Shown here piece by piece: positions 14,201 to 29,209 of a stretch of 64,000 bases of DNA. Position 1 is the stretch's first letter. Each line of letters opens with the position of its first letter. The DNA lies in NCBI GenBank assembly GCA_964016885.1, contig OZ024744.1, positions 48,112,001-48,176,000 of the forward strand. The letters are read 5' to 3'. The notes beneath the pieces were generated by a model that did not search any database, was not told where the DNA came from, and worked only from the letters and a program-made list of their open reading frames with translations. The position numbers and the translations under genes were made by a program. The stretch comes from Eledone cirrhosa. Its lineage: Eukaryota.

Positions 14201-16609
14201 AACACCAACCACATCACATTAGACTATCAAGACCAGAACACCAACCACATCACATTAGACTATCAAGACCTGAACACCAACCACATCACATTAGACTATC
14301 AAGACCAGAACACCAACAACATCACATTAGACTATCAAGACCAGAACACCAACCACATTAGACTATCAAGAACAGAACACCAACAACATTAGACTATCAA
14401 GACCATAACACCAACCACATTAGACTATCAAGAACAGAACACCAACCACATTAGACTATCAAGACCAGAACACCAACAACAATAGACTATCAAGACCAGA
14501 ACACCAACCACATTAGACTATCAAGAACAGAACACCAGCCACATTAGACTATCAAGACAAGAACACCAACCACATTAGAGTATCAAGAACAGAACACCAA
14601 CCACATTAGCCTATCAAGAACAGAACACCAACCACATTAGACTATCAAGACCAGAACTCCAACCACATTAGACTATCAAAACCAGAACACCAACCACATC
14701 ACATTAGACTATCAAGACCAGAACACCAACCACATTAGACTATCAAGACAAGAACACCAACCACATTAGACTATCAAGAACAGAAGACCAACCACATTAG
14801 ACTATCAAGAACAGAACACCAACCACATTAGACTATCAAGACCAGAACACCAACAACATCACATTAGCCTATCAAGAACACCAACCACATTAGACTATCA
14901 AGACCAGAACACCAACCACATTAGACTATCAAGGCCAGAACACCAACCACATCACATTAGACTATCAATACCAGAACACCAACCACATTAGACTATCAAG
15001 ACCAGAACACCAACCACATCACATTAGAATATCAAGACCAGAACACCAACCACATCACATTAGACTATCAAGACCTGAACACCAACCACATCACATTAGA
15101 CTATCAACACCAGAACACCAACAACATCACATTAGACTATCAAGACCAGAACACCAACCACATTAGACTATCAAGAACATAACACCAGCAACATTAGACT
15201 ATCAAGACCATAACACCAACCACATTAGACTATCAAGAACAGAACACCAACCACATTAGACTATCAAGACCAGAACACCAACAACAATAGACTATCAAGA
15301 CCAGAACACCAACCACATTAGACTATCAAGAACAGAACACCAACCACATTAGACTATCAAGACCAGAACACCAACCACATTAGACTATCAAGAACAGAAC
15401 ACCAACCACATTAGACTATCAAGAACAGAACACCAACCACATTAGACTATCAAGACCAGAACAACAACCACATTAGACTATCAAGACCAGAACACCAACC
15501 ACATCACATTAGACTATCAAGACCAGAACACCAACCACATTAGACTATCGAGACCAGAACACCAACCACATCACATTAGACTATCAAGACCAGAACACCA
15601 ACCACATCACATTAGACTATCAAGACCTGAACACCAACCACATCACATTAGACTATCAAGACCATAACACCAACCACATTAGACTATCAAGAACAGAACA
15701 CCAATCATATTAGACTATCAAGACCAGAACACCAAAAACAATAGACTATCAAGACCAGAACACCAACCACATTAGACTATCAAGAACAGAACACCAACCA
15801 CATTAGACTATCAAGACCAGAACACCAACCACATTAGACTATCAAGAACAGAACACCAACCACATTAGACTATCAAGAACAGAACACCAACCACATTAGA
15901 CTATCAAGCCCAGAACACCAACCACATCACATTAGCCTATCAAGAACAGAACACCAACCACATTAGACTATCAAGACCAGAACACCAACCACATTAGACT
16001 ATCAAAACCAGAACACCAACCACATCACATTAGACTATCAAGACCAGAACACCAACCACATTAGACTATCAAGACCAGAACACCAACCACATCACATTAG
16101 AATATCCAGACCAGAACACCAACCATATCACATTAGACTATCAAGACCTGAACACCAACCACATCACATTAGACTATCAAGACCAGAACACCAACAACAT
16201 CACATTAGACTATCAAGACCAGAACACCAACCACATTAGACTATCAAGAACATAACACCAACAACATTAGACTATCAAGAACATAACACCAACCACATTA
16301 GACTATCAAGAACAGAACACCAACCACATTAGACTATCAAGAACAGAACACCAACCACATTAGACTATCAAGACCAGAACACCAACAACATCACATTAGC
16401 CTATCAAGAACAGAACACCAACCACATTAGACTATCAAGACCAGAACACCAACCACATTAGACTATCAAGACCAGAACACCAACCACATCACATTAGACT
16501 ATCAAGACCAGAACACCAACCACATTAGACTATCAAGACCAGAACACCAACCACATCGCATTAGAATATCAAGACCAGAACACCAACCACATCACATTAG
16601 ACTATCAAG

Positions 16610-19420
16610 ACCTGAACACCAACCACATCACATTAGACTATCAACACCAGAACACCAACAACATCACATTAGACTATCAAGACCAGAACACCAACCACAT
16701 TAGACTATCAAGAGCATAACACCAGCAACATTAGACTATCAAGACCATAACACCAACCACATTAGACTATCAAGAACAGAACACCAACCACATTAGACTA
16801 TCAAGACCAGAACACCAACAACAATAGACTATCAAGACCAGAACACCAACCACATTAGACTAACAAGAACAGAACACCAACCACATTAGACTATCAAGAC
16901 CAGAACACCAACCACATTAGACTATCAAGAACAGAACACCAACCACATTAGACTATCAAGAACAGAACACCAACCACATTAGACTATCAAGACCAGAACA
17001 ACAACCACATTAGACTATCAAGACCAGAACACCCACCACATCACATTAGACTATCAAGACCAGAACACCAACCACATTAGACTATCAAGACCAGAACACC
17101 AACCACATCACATTAGACTATCAAGACCAGAACACCAACCACATCACATTAGACTATCAAGACCTGAACACCAACCACATCACATTAGACTATCAAGACC
17201 AGAACACCAACAACATCACATTAGACTATCAAGACCAGAACACCAACCACATTAGACTATCAAGAACAGAACACCAACAACATTAGACTATCAAGACCAT
17301 ACCACCAACCACATTAGACTATCAAGAACAGAACACCAACCACATTAGACTATCAAGACCAGAACACCAACAACAATAGACTATCAAGACCAGAACACCA
17401 ACCACATTAGACTATCAAGAACAGAACACCAACCACATTAGACTATCAAGACAAGAACACCAACCACATTAGACTATCAAGAACAGAACACCAACCACAT
17501 TAGACTATCAAGAACAGAACACCAACCACATTAGACTATCAAGACCAGAACACCAACCACATCACATTAGCCTATCAAGAACAGAACACCAACCACATTA
17601 GACTATCAAGACCAGAACACCAACCACATTAGACTATCAAAACCAGAACACCAACCACATCACATTAGACTATCAAGACCAGAACACCAACCACATTAGA
17701 CTATCAAGACCAGAACACCAACCACATCACATTAGAATATCCAGACCAGAACACCAACCATATCACATTAGACTATCAAGACCTGAACACCAACCACATC
17801 ACATTAGACTATCAAGACCAGAACACCAACAACATCACATTAGAATATCAAGACCAGAACACCAACCACATTAGACTATCAAGAACATAACACCAACAAC
17901 ATTAGACTATCAAGAACATAACACCAACCACATTAGACTATCAAGAACAGAACACCAACCACATTAGACTATCAAGAACAGAACACCAACCACATTAGAC
18001 TATCAAGACCAGAACACCAACAACATCACATTAGACTATCAAGAACAGAACACCAACCACATTAGACTATCAAGACCAGAACACCAACCACATTAGACTA
18101 TCAAGACCAGAACACCAACCACATCACATTAGACTATCAAGACCAGAACACCAACCACATTAGACTATCAAGACCAGAACACCAACCACATCACATTAGA
18201 ATATCAAGACCAGAACACCAACCACATCACATTAGACTATCAAGACCTGAACACCAACCACATCACATTAGACTATCAACACCAGAACACCAACAACATC
18301 ACATTAGACCATCAAGACCAGAACACCAACCACATTAGACTATCAAGAACATAACACCAGCAACATTAGACTATCAAGACCATAACACCAACCACATTAG
18401 ACTATCAAGAACAGAACACCAACCACATTAGACTATCAAGACCAGAACACCAACAACAATAGACTATCAAGACCAGAACACCAACCACATTAGACTATCA
18501 AGAACAGAACACCAACCATATTAGACTATCAAGACCAGAACACCAACCACATTAGACTATCAAGAACAGAACACCAACCACATTAGACTATCAAGAACAG
18601 AACACCAACCACATTAGACTATCAAGACCAGAACAACAACCACATTAGACTATCAAGACCAGAACACCAACCACATCACATTAGACTATCAAGACCAGAA
18701 CACCAACCACATTAGACTATCAAGACCAGAACACCAACCACATCACATTAGACTATCAAGACCAGAACACCAACCACATCACATTAGACTATCAAGACCT
18801 GAACACCAACCACATCACATTAGACTATCAAGACCAGAACACCAACAACATCACATTAGACTATCAAGACCAGAACACCAACCACATTAGACTATCAAGA
18901 ACAGAACACCAACAACATTAGACTATCAAGACCATAACACCAACCACATTAGACTATCAAGAACAGAACACCAACCACATTAGACTATCAAGACCAGAAC
19001 ACCAACAACAATAGACTATCAAGACCAGAACACCAACCACATTAGACTATCAAGAACAGAACACCAACCACATTAGACTATCAAGACCAGACCACCAACC
19101 ACATTAGACTATCAAGAACAGAATACCAACCACATTAGACTATCAAGAACAGAACACCAACCACATTAGACTATCAAGACCAGAACACCAACCACATCAC
19201 ATTAGCCTATCAAGAACAGAACACCAACCACATTAGACTATCAAGACCAGAACACCAACCACATTAGACTATCAAAACCAGAACACCAACCACATCACAT
19301 TAGACTATCAAGACCAGAACACCACCCACATTAGACTATCAAGACCAGAACACCAACCACATCACATTAGAATATCAAGACCAGAACACCAACCATATCA
19401 CATTAGACTATCAAGACCTG
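16610..19420 (+). repeat. 1,635-bp higher-order repeat, ~1.7 copies
   Basis: CCTG variant at 16611, 17163, 17782, 18246, 18798 and 19417 (spacings 552, 619, 464, 552, 619). Confidence 0.9.
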
Positions 19421-22400
19421 AACTCCAACCACATTAGACTATCAAGACCAGAACTCCAACCACATTAGACTATCAAGAGAAGAACACCAACCACATCACA
19501 TTAGACTATCAAGACCAGAACTCCAACCACATTAGACTATCAAGACCAGAACACCAACAACATTAGACTATCAACACCAGAACACCAACCACATTAGACT
19601 ATCAAGACCAGAACTCCAACCACATTAGACTATCAAGACCAGAACACCAACCACATTAGACTATCAAGACCAGAACACCAACCACATCACATTTGACTAT
19701 CAAGACCAGAACACCAACCACATCACATTAGACTATCAAGACCAGAAAACCAACCACATCACATTAGACTATCAAGACCAGAACACCAACAACATCACAT
19801 TAGACTATCAAAACCAGAACACCAACCACATTAGACTATCAAGACCAGAACACCAACCACATCACATTAGACTATCAAGACCAGAACACCAACCACATTA
19901 TACTATCAAGACCAGAACACCAACCACATTAGACTATCAAGACCAGAACACCAACCACATCACATTAGACTATCAAGACCAGAACACCAACCACATTAGA
20001 CTATCAAGACCAGAACACCAACCACATTAGACTATCAAGACCAGAACACCAACCACATTAGACTATCAAGACCAGAACACCAACCACATCACATTAGACT
20101 ATCAAGACCAGAACACCAACCACATTAGACTATCAAGACCAGAACACCAACCACATTAGACTATCAAGACCAGAACACCAACCACATTAGACTATCAAGA
20201 CCAGAACACCAACCACATCACATTAGACTATCAAGACCAGAACACCAACCACATTAGACTATCAAGACCAGAACACCAACCACATTAGACTATCAAGACC
20301 AGAACACCAACCACATCACATTAGACTATCAAGACCAGAACACCAACCACATTAGACTATCAAGACCAGAACACCAACCACATTAGACTATCAAGACCAT
20401 AACACCAACCACATCACATCAGACTATCAAGAGCAGAACACCAACCACATTAGACTATCAAGACCAGAACACCAACCACATTAGACAATCAAGAACAGAA
20501 CTCCAACCACATTACAATATCAAGACCAGAACACCAACCACATCACATTAGACTATCAAGACCAGAACACCAACCACATCACATTAGACTATCAAGACCA
20601 GAACACCAACCACATTAGACTATCATGACCAGAACACCAACCACATTAGACTATCAAGACCATAACACCAACCACATCACATCAGACTATCAAGAGCAGA
20701 ACACCAACCACATCACATTAGACTATCAAGACCAGAACACCAACCACATCACATTAGACTATCAAGACCAGAACACCAACCACATCACATTAGACTATCA
20801 AGACCTGAACACCAACCACATCACATTAGACTATCAAGACCTGAACACCAACCACATTAGACTATCAAGACCAGAACACCAACCACATTAGACTATCAAG
20901 ACCAGAACACCAACCACATTAGACTATCAAGACCAGAACACCAACCACATTAGACTATCAAGACCAGAACACCAACCACATTAGACTATCAGGACCAGAA
21001 CACCAACCACATCACATAAGACTATCAAGACCAGAACATAAACCACATCACATTAGACTATCAAGACCAGAACACCAACCACATCACATTAGACTATCAA
21101 GACCAGAACACCAACCACATCACATTAGACTATCAAGACCTGAACACCAACCACATCACATTAGACTATCAAGACCAGAACACCAACAACATCACATTAG
21201 ACTATCAAGACCAGAACACCAACCACATTAGACTATCAAGAACAGAACACCAACAACATTAGACTATCAAGACCATAACACCAACCACATTAGACTATCA
21301 AGAACAGAACACCAACCACATTAGACTATCAAGACCAGAACACCAACAACAATAGACTATCAAGACCAGAACACCAACCACATTAGACTATCAAGAACAG
21401 AACACCAACCACATTAGACTATCAAGACAAGAACACCAACCACATTAGACTATCAAGAACAGAACACCAACCACATTAGACTATCAAGAACAGAACACCA
21501 ACCACATTAGACTATCAAGACCAGAACACCAACCACATCACATTAGCCTATCAAGAACAGAACACCAACCACATTAGACTATCAAGACCAGAACACCAAC
21601 CACATTAGACTATCAAAACCAGAACACCAACCACATCACATTAGACTATCAAGACCAGAACACCAACCACATTAGACTATCAAGACCAGAACACCAACCA
21701 CATCACATTAGAATATCCAGACCAGAACACCAACCATATCACATTAGACTATCAAGACCTGAACACCAACAACATCACATTAGACTATCAAGACCAGAAC
21801 ACCAACAACATCACATTAGACTATCAAGACCAGAACACCAACCACATTAGACTATCAAGAACATAACACCAACAACATTAGACTATCAAGAACATAACAC
21901 CAACCACATTAGACTATCAAGAACAGAACACCAACCACATTAGACTATCAAGAACAGAATACCAACCACATTAGACTATCAAGACCAGAACACCAACAAC
22001 ATCACATTAGCCTATCAAGAACAGAACACCAACCACATTAGACTATCAAGACCAGAACACCAACCACATTAGACTATCAAGACCAGAACACCAACCACAT
22101 CACATTAGACTATCAAGACCAGAACACCAACCACATTAGACTATCAAGACCAGAACACCAACCACATCACATTAGAATATCAAGACCAGAACACCAATCA
22201 CATCACATTAGACTATCAAGACCTGAACACCAACCACATCACATTAGACTATCAACACCAGAACACCAACAACATCACATTAGACTATCAAGACCAGAAC
22301 ACCAACCACATTAGACTATCAAGAACATAACACCAGCAACATTAGACTATCAAGACCATAACACCAACCACATTAGACTATCAAGAACAGAACACCAACC

Positions 22401-25400
22401 ACATTAGACTATCAAGACCAGAACACCAACAACAATAGACTATCAAGACCCGAACACCAACCACATTAGACTATCAAGAACAGAACACCAACCATATTAG
22501 ACTATCAAGACCAGAACACCAACCACATTAGACTATCAAGAACAGAACACCAACCACATTAGACTATCAAGAACAGAACACCAACCACATTAGACTATCA
22601 AGACCAGAACAACAACCACATTAGACTATCAAGACCAGAACACCAACCACATCACATTAGACTATCAAGACCAGAACACCAACCACATTAGACTATCAAG
22701 ACCAGAACACCAGCCACATCACATTAGACTATCAAGACCAGAACACCAACCACATCACATTAGACTATCAAGACCTGAACACCAACCACATCACATTAGA
22801 CTATCAAGACCAGAACACCAACAACATCACATTAGACTATCAAGACCAGAACACCAACCACATTAGACTATCAAGAACAGAACACCAACAACATTAGACT
22901 ATCAAGACCATAACACCAACCACATTAGACTATCAAGAACAGAACACCAACCACATTAGACTATCAAGACCAGAACACCAACAACAATAGACTATCAAGA
23001 CCAGAACACCAACCACATTAGACTATCAAGAACAGAACACCAACCACATTAGACTATCAAGACCAGACCACCAACCACATTAGACTATCAAGAACAGAAT
23101 ACCAACCACATTAGACTATCAAGAACAGAACACCAACCACATTAGACTATCAAGACCAGAACACCAACCACATCACATTAGCCTATCAAGAACAGAACAC
23201 CAACCACATTAGACTATCAAGACCAGAACACCAACCACATTAGACTATCAAAACCAGAACACCAACCACATCACATTAGACTATCAAGACCAGAACACCA
23301 CCCACATTAGACTATCAAGACCAGAACACCAACCACATCACATTAGAATATCAAGACCAGAACACCAACCATATCACATTAGACTATCAAGACCTGAATA
23401 CCAACCACATCACATTAGACTATCAAGACCAGAACACCAACAACATCACATTAGACTATCAAGACCAGAACACAAACCACATTAGACTATCAAGAACATA
23501 ACACCAACAACATTAGACTATCAAGACCATAACACCCACCACATTAGACTATCAAGAACAGAATACCAACCACATTAGACTATCAAGACCAGAACACCAA
23601 CAACAATAGACTATCAAGACCAGAACACCAACCACATTAGACTATCAAGAACAGAACACCAACCACATTAGACTATCAAGACCAGAACACCAACCACATT
23701 AGACTATCAAGAACAGAACACCAACCACACTAGACTATCAAGAACAGAACACCAACCACATTAGTCTATCAAGACCAGAACACCAACCACATCACATTAG
23801 CCTATCAAGAACAGAACACCAACCACATTAGACTATCAAGACCAGAACACCAACCACATTAGACTATCAAGACAAGAACACCAACCACATCACATTAGAC
23901 TATCAAGACCAGAACACCAACCACATCAGATTAGACTATCCTGACCAGAACACCAACCACATTAGACTATCAAGAACAGAACTCCAACCACATTACACTA
24001 TCAAGACCAGAACTCCAACCACATCACATTAGACTATCAAGACCAGAACACCAACCACATCACATTAGACTATCAAGACCAGAACACCAACCACATTAGA
24101 CTATCATGACCAGAACACCAACCACATTAGACTATCAAGACCATAACACCAACCACATCACATCAGACTATCAAGAGCAGAACACCAACCACATTAGACT
24201 ATCAAGACCAGAACACCAACCACATTAGACTATCAAGACCAGAACACCAACCACATTAGACTATCAAGACCAGAACACCAACCACATTAGACTATCAAGA
24301 CCAGAACACCAACCACATTAGACTATCAAGACCAGAACACCAACCACATTAGACTATCAAGACCAGAACACCAACCACATTAGACTATCAAGACCAGAAC
24401 ACCAACCACATTAGACTATCAAGACCAGAACACCAACCACATCACATAAGACTATCAAGACCAGAACATAAACCACATCACATTAGACTATCAAGACCAG
24501 AACACCAACCACATCACATTAGACTATCAAGACCAGAACACCAACCACATCACATTAGACTATCAAGACCTGAACACCAACCACATCACATTAGACTATC
24601 AAGACCAGAACACCAACAACATCACATTAGACTATCAATACCAGAACACCAACCACATTAGACTATCAAGAACAGAACACCAACAACATTAGACTATCAA
24701 GACCATAACACCAACCACAGTAGACTATCAAGAACAGAACACCAACCACATTAGACTATCAAGACCAGAACACCAACAACAATAGACTATCAAGACCAGA
24801 ACACCAACCACATTAGACTATCAAGAACAGAACACCAACCACATTAGACTATCAAGACAAGAACACCAACCACATTAGAGTATCAAGAACAGAACACCAA
24901 CCACATTAGACTATCAAGAACAGAACACCAACCACATTAGACTATCAAGACCAGAACACCAACCACATCACATTAGCCTATCAAGAACAGAACACCAACC
25001 ACATTAGACTATCAAGACCAGAACTCCAACCACATTAGACTATCAAAACCAGAACACCAACCACATCACATTAGACTATCAAGACCAGAACACCAACCAC
25101 ATTAGACTATCAAGACCAGAACACCAACCACATCACATTAGAATATCCAGACCAGAACACCAACCATATCACATTAGACTATCAAGATCTGAACACCAAC
25201 CACATCACATTAGAATACCAAGACCAGAACACCAACAACATCACATTAGACTATCAAGACCAGAACACCAACCACATTAGACTATCAAGAACATAACACC
25301 AACAACATTAGACTATCAAGACCAGAACACCAACAACATTAGACTATCAAGACCAGAACACCAACCACATTAGACTATCAAGAACAGAAGACCAACCACA

Positions 25401-28400
25401 TTAGACTATCAAGAACAGAACACCAACCACATTAGACTATCAAGACCAGAACACCAACAACATCACATTAGCCTATCAAGAACACCAACCACATTAGACT
25501 ATCAAGACCAGAACACCAACCACATTAGACTATCAAGACCAGAACACCAACCACATCACATTAGACTATCAAGACCAGAACACCAACCACATTAGACTAT
25601 CAAGACCAGAACACCAACCACATCACATTAGAATATCAAGACCAGAACACCAACCACATCACATTAGACTATCAAGACCTCAACACCAACCACATCACAT
25701 TAGACTATCAACACCAGAACACCAACAACATCACATTAGACTATCAAGACCAGAACACCAACCACATTAGACTATCAAGAGCATAACACCAGCAACATTA
25801 GACTATCAAGACCATAACACCAACCACATTAGACTATCAAGAACAGAACACCAACCACATTAGACTATCAAGACCAGAACACCAACAACAATAGACTATC
25901 AAGACCAGAACACCAACCACATTAGACTAACAAGAACAGAACACCAACCACATTAGACTATCAAGACCAGAACACCAACCACATTAGACTATCAAGAACA
26001 GAACACCAACCACATTAGACTATCAAGAACAGAACACCAACCACATTAGACTATCAAGACCAGAACAACAACCACATTAGACTATCAAGACCAGAACACC
26101 CACCACATCACATTAGACTATCAAGACCAGAACACCAACCACATTAGACTATCAAGACCAGAACACCAACCACATCACATTAGACTATCAAGACCAGAAC
26201 ACCAACCACATCACATTAGACTATCAAGACCTGAACACCAACCACATCACATTAGACTATCAAGACCAGAACACCAACAGCATCACATTAGACTATCAAG
26301 ACCAGAACACCAACCACATTAGACTATCAAGAACAGAACACCAACAACATTAGACTATCAAGACCATACCACCAACCACATTAGACTATCAAGAACAGAA
26401 CACCAACCACATTAGACTATCAAGACCAGAACACCAACAACAATAGACTATCAAGACCAGAACACCAACCACATTAGACTATCAAGAACAGAACACCAAC
26501 CACATTAGACTATCAAGACAAGAACACCAACCACATTAAACTATCAAGAACAGAACACCAACCACATTAGACTATCAAGAACAGAACACCAACCACATTA
26601 GACTATCAAGACCAGAACACCAACCACATCACATTAGCCTATCAAGAACAGAACACCAACCACATTAGACTATCAAGACCAGAACACCAACCACATTAGA
26701 CTATCAAAACCAGAACACCAACCACATCACATTAGACTATCAAGACCAGAACACCAACCACATTAGACTATCAAGACCAGAACACCAACCACATCACATT
26801 AGAATATCCAGACCAGAACACCAACCATATCACATTAGACTATCAAGACCTGAACACCAACCACATCACATTAGACTATCAAGACCAGAACACCAACAAC
26901 ATCACATTAGAATATCAAGACCAGAACACCAACCACATTAGACTATCAAGAACATAACACCAACAACATTAGACTATCAAGAACATAACACCAACCACAT
27001 TAGACTATCAAGAACAGAACACCAACCACATTAGACTATCAAGAACAGAACACCAACCACATTAGACTATCAAGACCAGAACACCAACAACATCACATTA
27101 GACTATCAAGAACAGAACACCAACCACATTAGACTATCAAGACCAGAACACCAACCACATTAGACTATCAAGACCAGAACACCAACCACATCACATTAGA
27201 CTATCAAGACCAGAACACCAACCACATTAGACTATCAAGACCAGAACACCAACCACATCACATTAGAATATCAAGACCAGAACACCAACCACATCACATT
27301 AGACTATCAAGACCTGAACACCAACCACATCACATTAGACTATCAACACCAGAACACCAACAACATCACATTAGACTATCAAGACCAGAACACCAACCAC
27401 ATTAGACTATCAAGAACATAACACCAGCAACATTAGACTATCAAGACCATAACACCAACCACATTAGACTATCAAGAACAGAACACCAACCACATTAGAC
27501 TATCAAGACCAGAACACCAACAACCATAGACTATCAAGACCAGAACACCAACCACATTAGACTATCAAGAACAGAACACCAACCATATTAGACTATCAAG
27601 ACCAGAACACCAACCACATTAGACTATCAAGAACAGAACACCAACCACATTAGACTATCAAGAACAGAACACCAACCACATTAGACTATCAAGACCAGAA
27701 CAACAACCACATTAGACTATCAAGACCAGAACACCAACCACATCACATTAGACTATCAAGACCAGAACACCAACCACATTAGACTATCAAGACCAGAACA
27801 CCAACCACATCACATTAGACTATCAAAACCAGAACACCAACCACATCACATTAGACTATCAAGACCTGAACACCAACCACATCACATTAGACTATCAAGA
27901 CCAGAACACCAACAACATCACATTAGACTATCAAGACCAGAACACCAACCACATTAGACTATCAAGAACAGAACACCAACAACATTAGACTATCAAGACC
28001 ATAACACCAACCACATTAGACTATCAAGAACAGAACACCAACCACATTAGACTATCAAGACCAGAACACCAACAACAATAGACTATCAAGACCAGAACAC
28101 CAACCACATTAGACTATCAAGAACAGAACACCAACCACATTAGACTATCAAGACCAGACCACCAACCACATTAGACTATCAAGAACAGAATACCAACCAC
28201 ATTAGACTATCAAGAACAGAACACCAACCACATTAGACTATCAAGACCAGAACACCAACCACATCACATTAGCCTATCAAGAACAGAACACCAACCACAT
28301 TAGACTATCAAGACCAGAACACCAACCACATTAGACTATCAAAACCAGAACACCAACCACATCACATTAGACTATCAAGACCAGAACACCACCCACATTA

Positions 28401-29209
28401 GACTATCAAGACCAGAACACCAACCACATCACATTAGAATATCAAGACCAGAACACCAACCATATCACATTAGACTATCAAGACCTGAACTCCAACCACA
28501 TTAGACTATCAAGACCAGAACTCCAACCACATTAGACTATCAAGACCAGAACACCAACCACATTAGACTATCAAGACCAGAAAACCAACCACATCACATT
28601 AGACTATCAAGACCAGAACACCAACCACATCACATTAGTCTATCAAAACCAGAACACCAACCACATTAGACTATCAAGACCAGAACACCAACCACATCAC
28701 ATTAGACTATCAAGACCAGAACACCAACCACATTACACTATCAAGACCAGAACACCAACCACATTAGACTATCAAGACCAGAACACCAACCACATCACAT
28801 TAGACTATCAAGACCAGAACACCAACCACATTAGACTATCAAGACCAGAACACCAACCACATTAGACTATCAAGACCAGAACACCAACCACATTAGACTA
28901 TCAAGACCAGAACACCAACCACATCACATTAGACTATCAAGACCAGAACACCAACCACATTAGACTATCAAGACCAGAACACCAACCACATTAGACTATC
29001 AAGACCAGAACACCAACCACATTAGACTATCAAGACCAGAACACCAACCACATCACATTAGACTATCAAGACCAGAACACCAACCACATTAGACTATCAA
29101 GACCAGAACACCAACCACATTAGACTATCAAGACCAGAACACCAACCACATCACATTAGACTATCAAGACCAGAACACCAACCACATTAGACTATCAAGA
29201 CCAGAACAC

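Noticed and set aside
20625-20891. 88-aa ORF with ITLDYQDQNTNH repeats
   Set aside because: The ATG comes from a recurrent A>T monomer variant (TATCATGACC). The frame stays open only because several 36-bp units happen to be adjacent, and 31-bp units then shift it into the TAG. The paralogous copy at ~30411 lacks the L run. There is no gene context.
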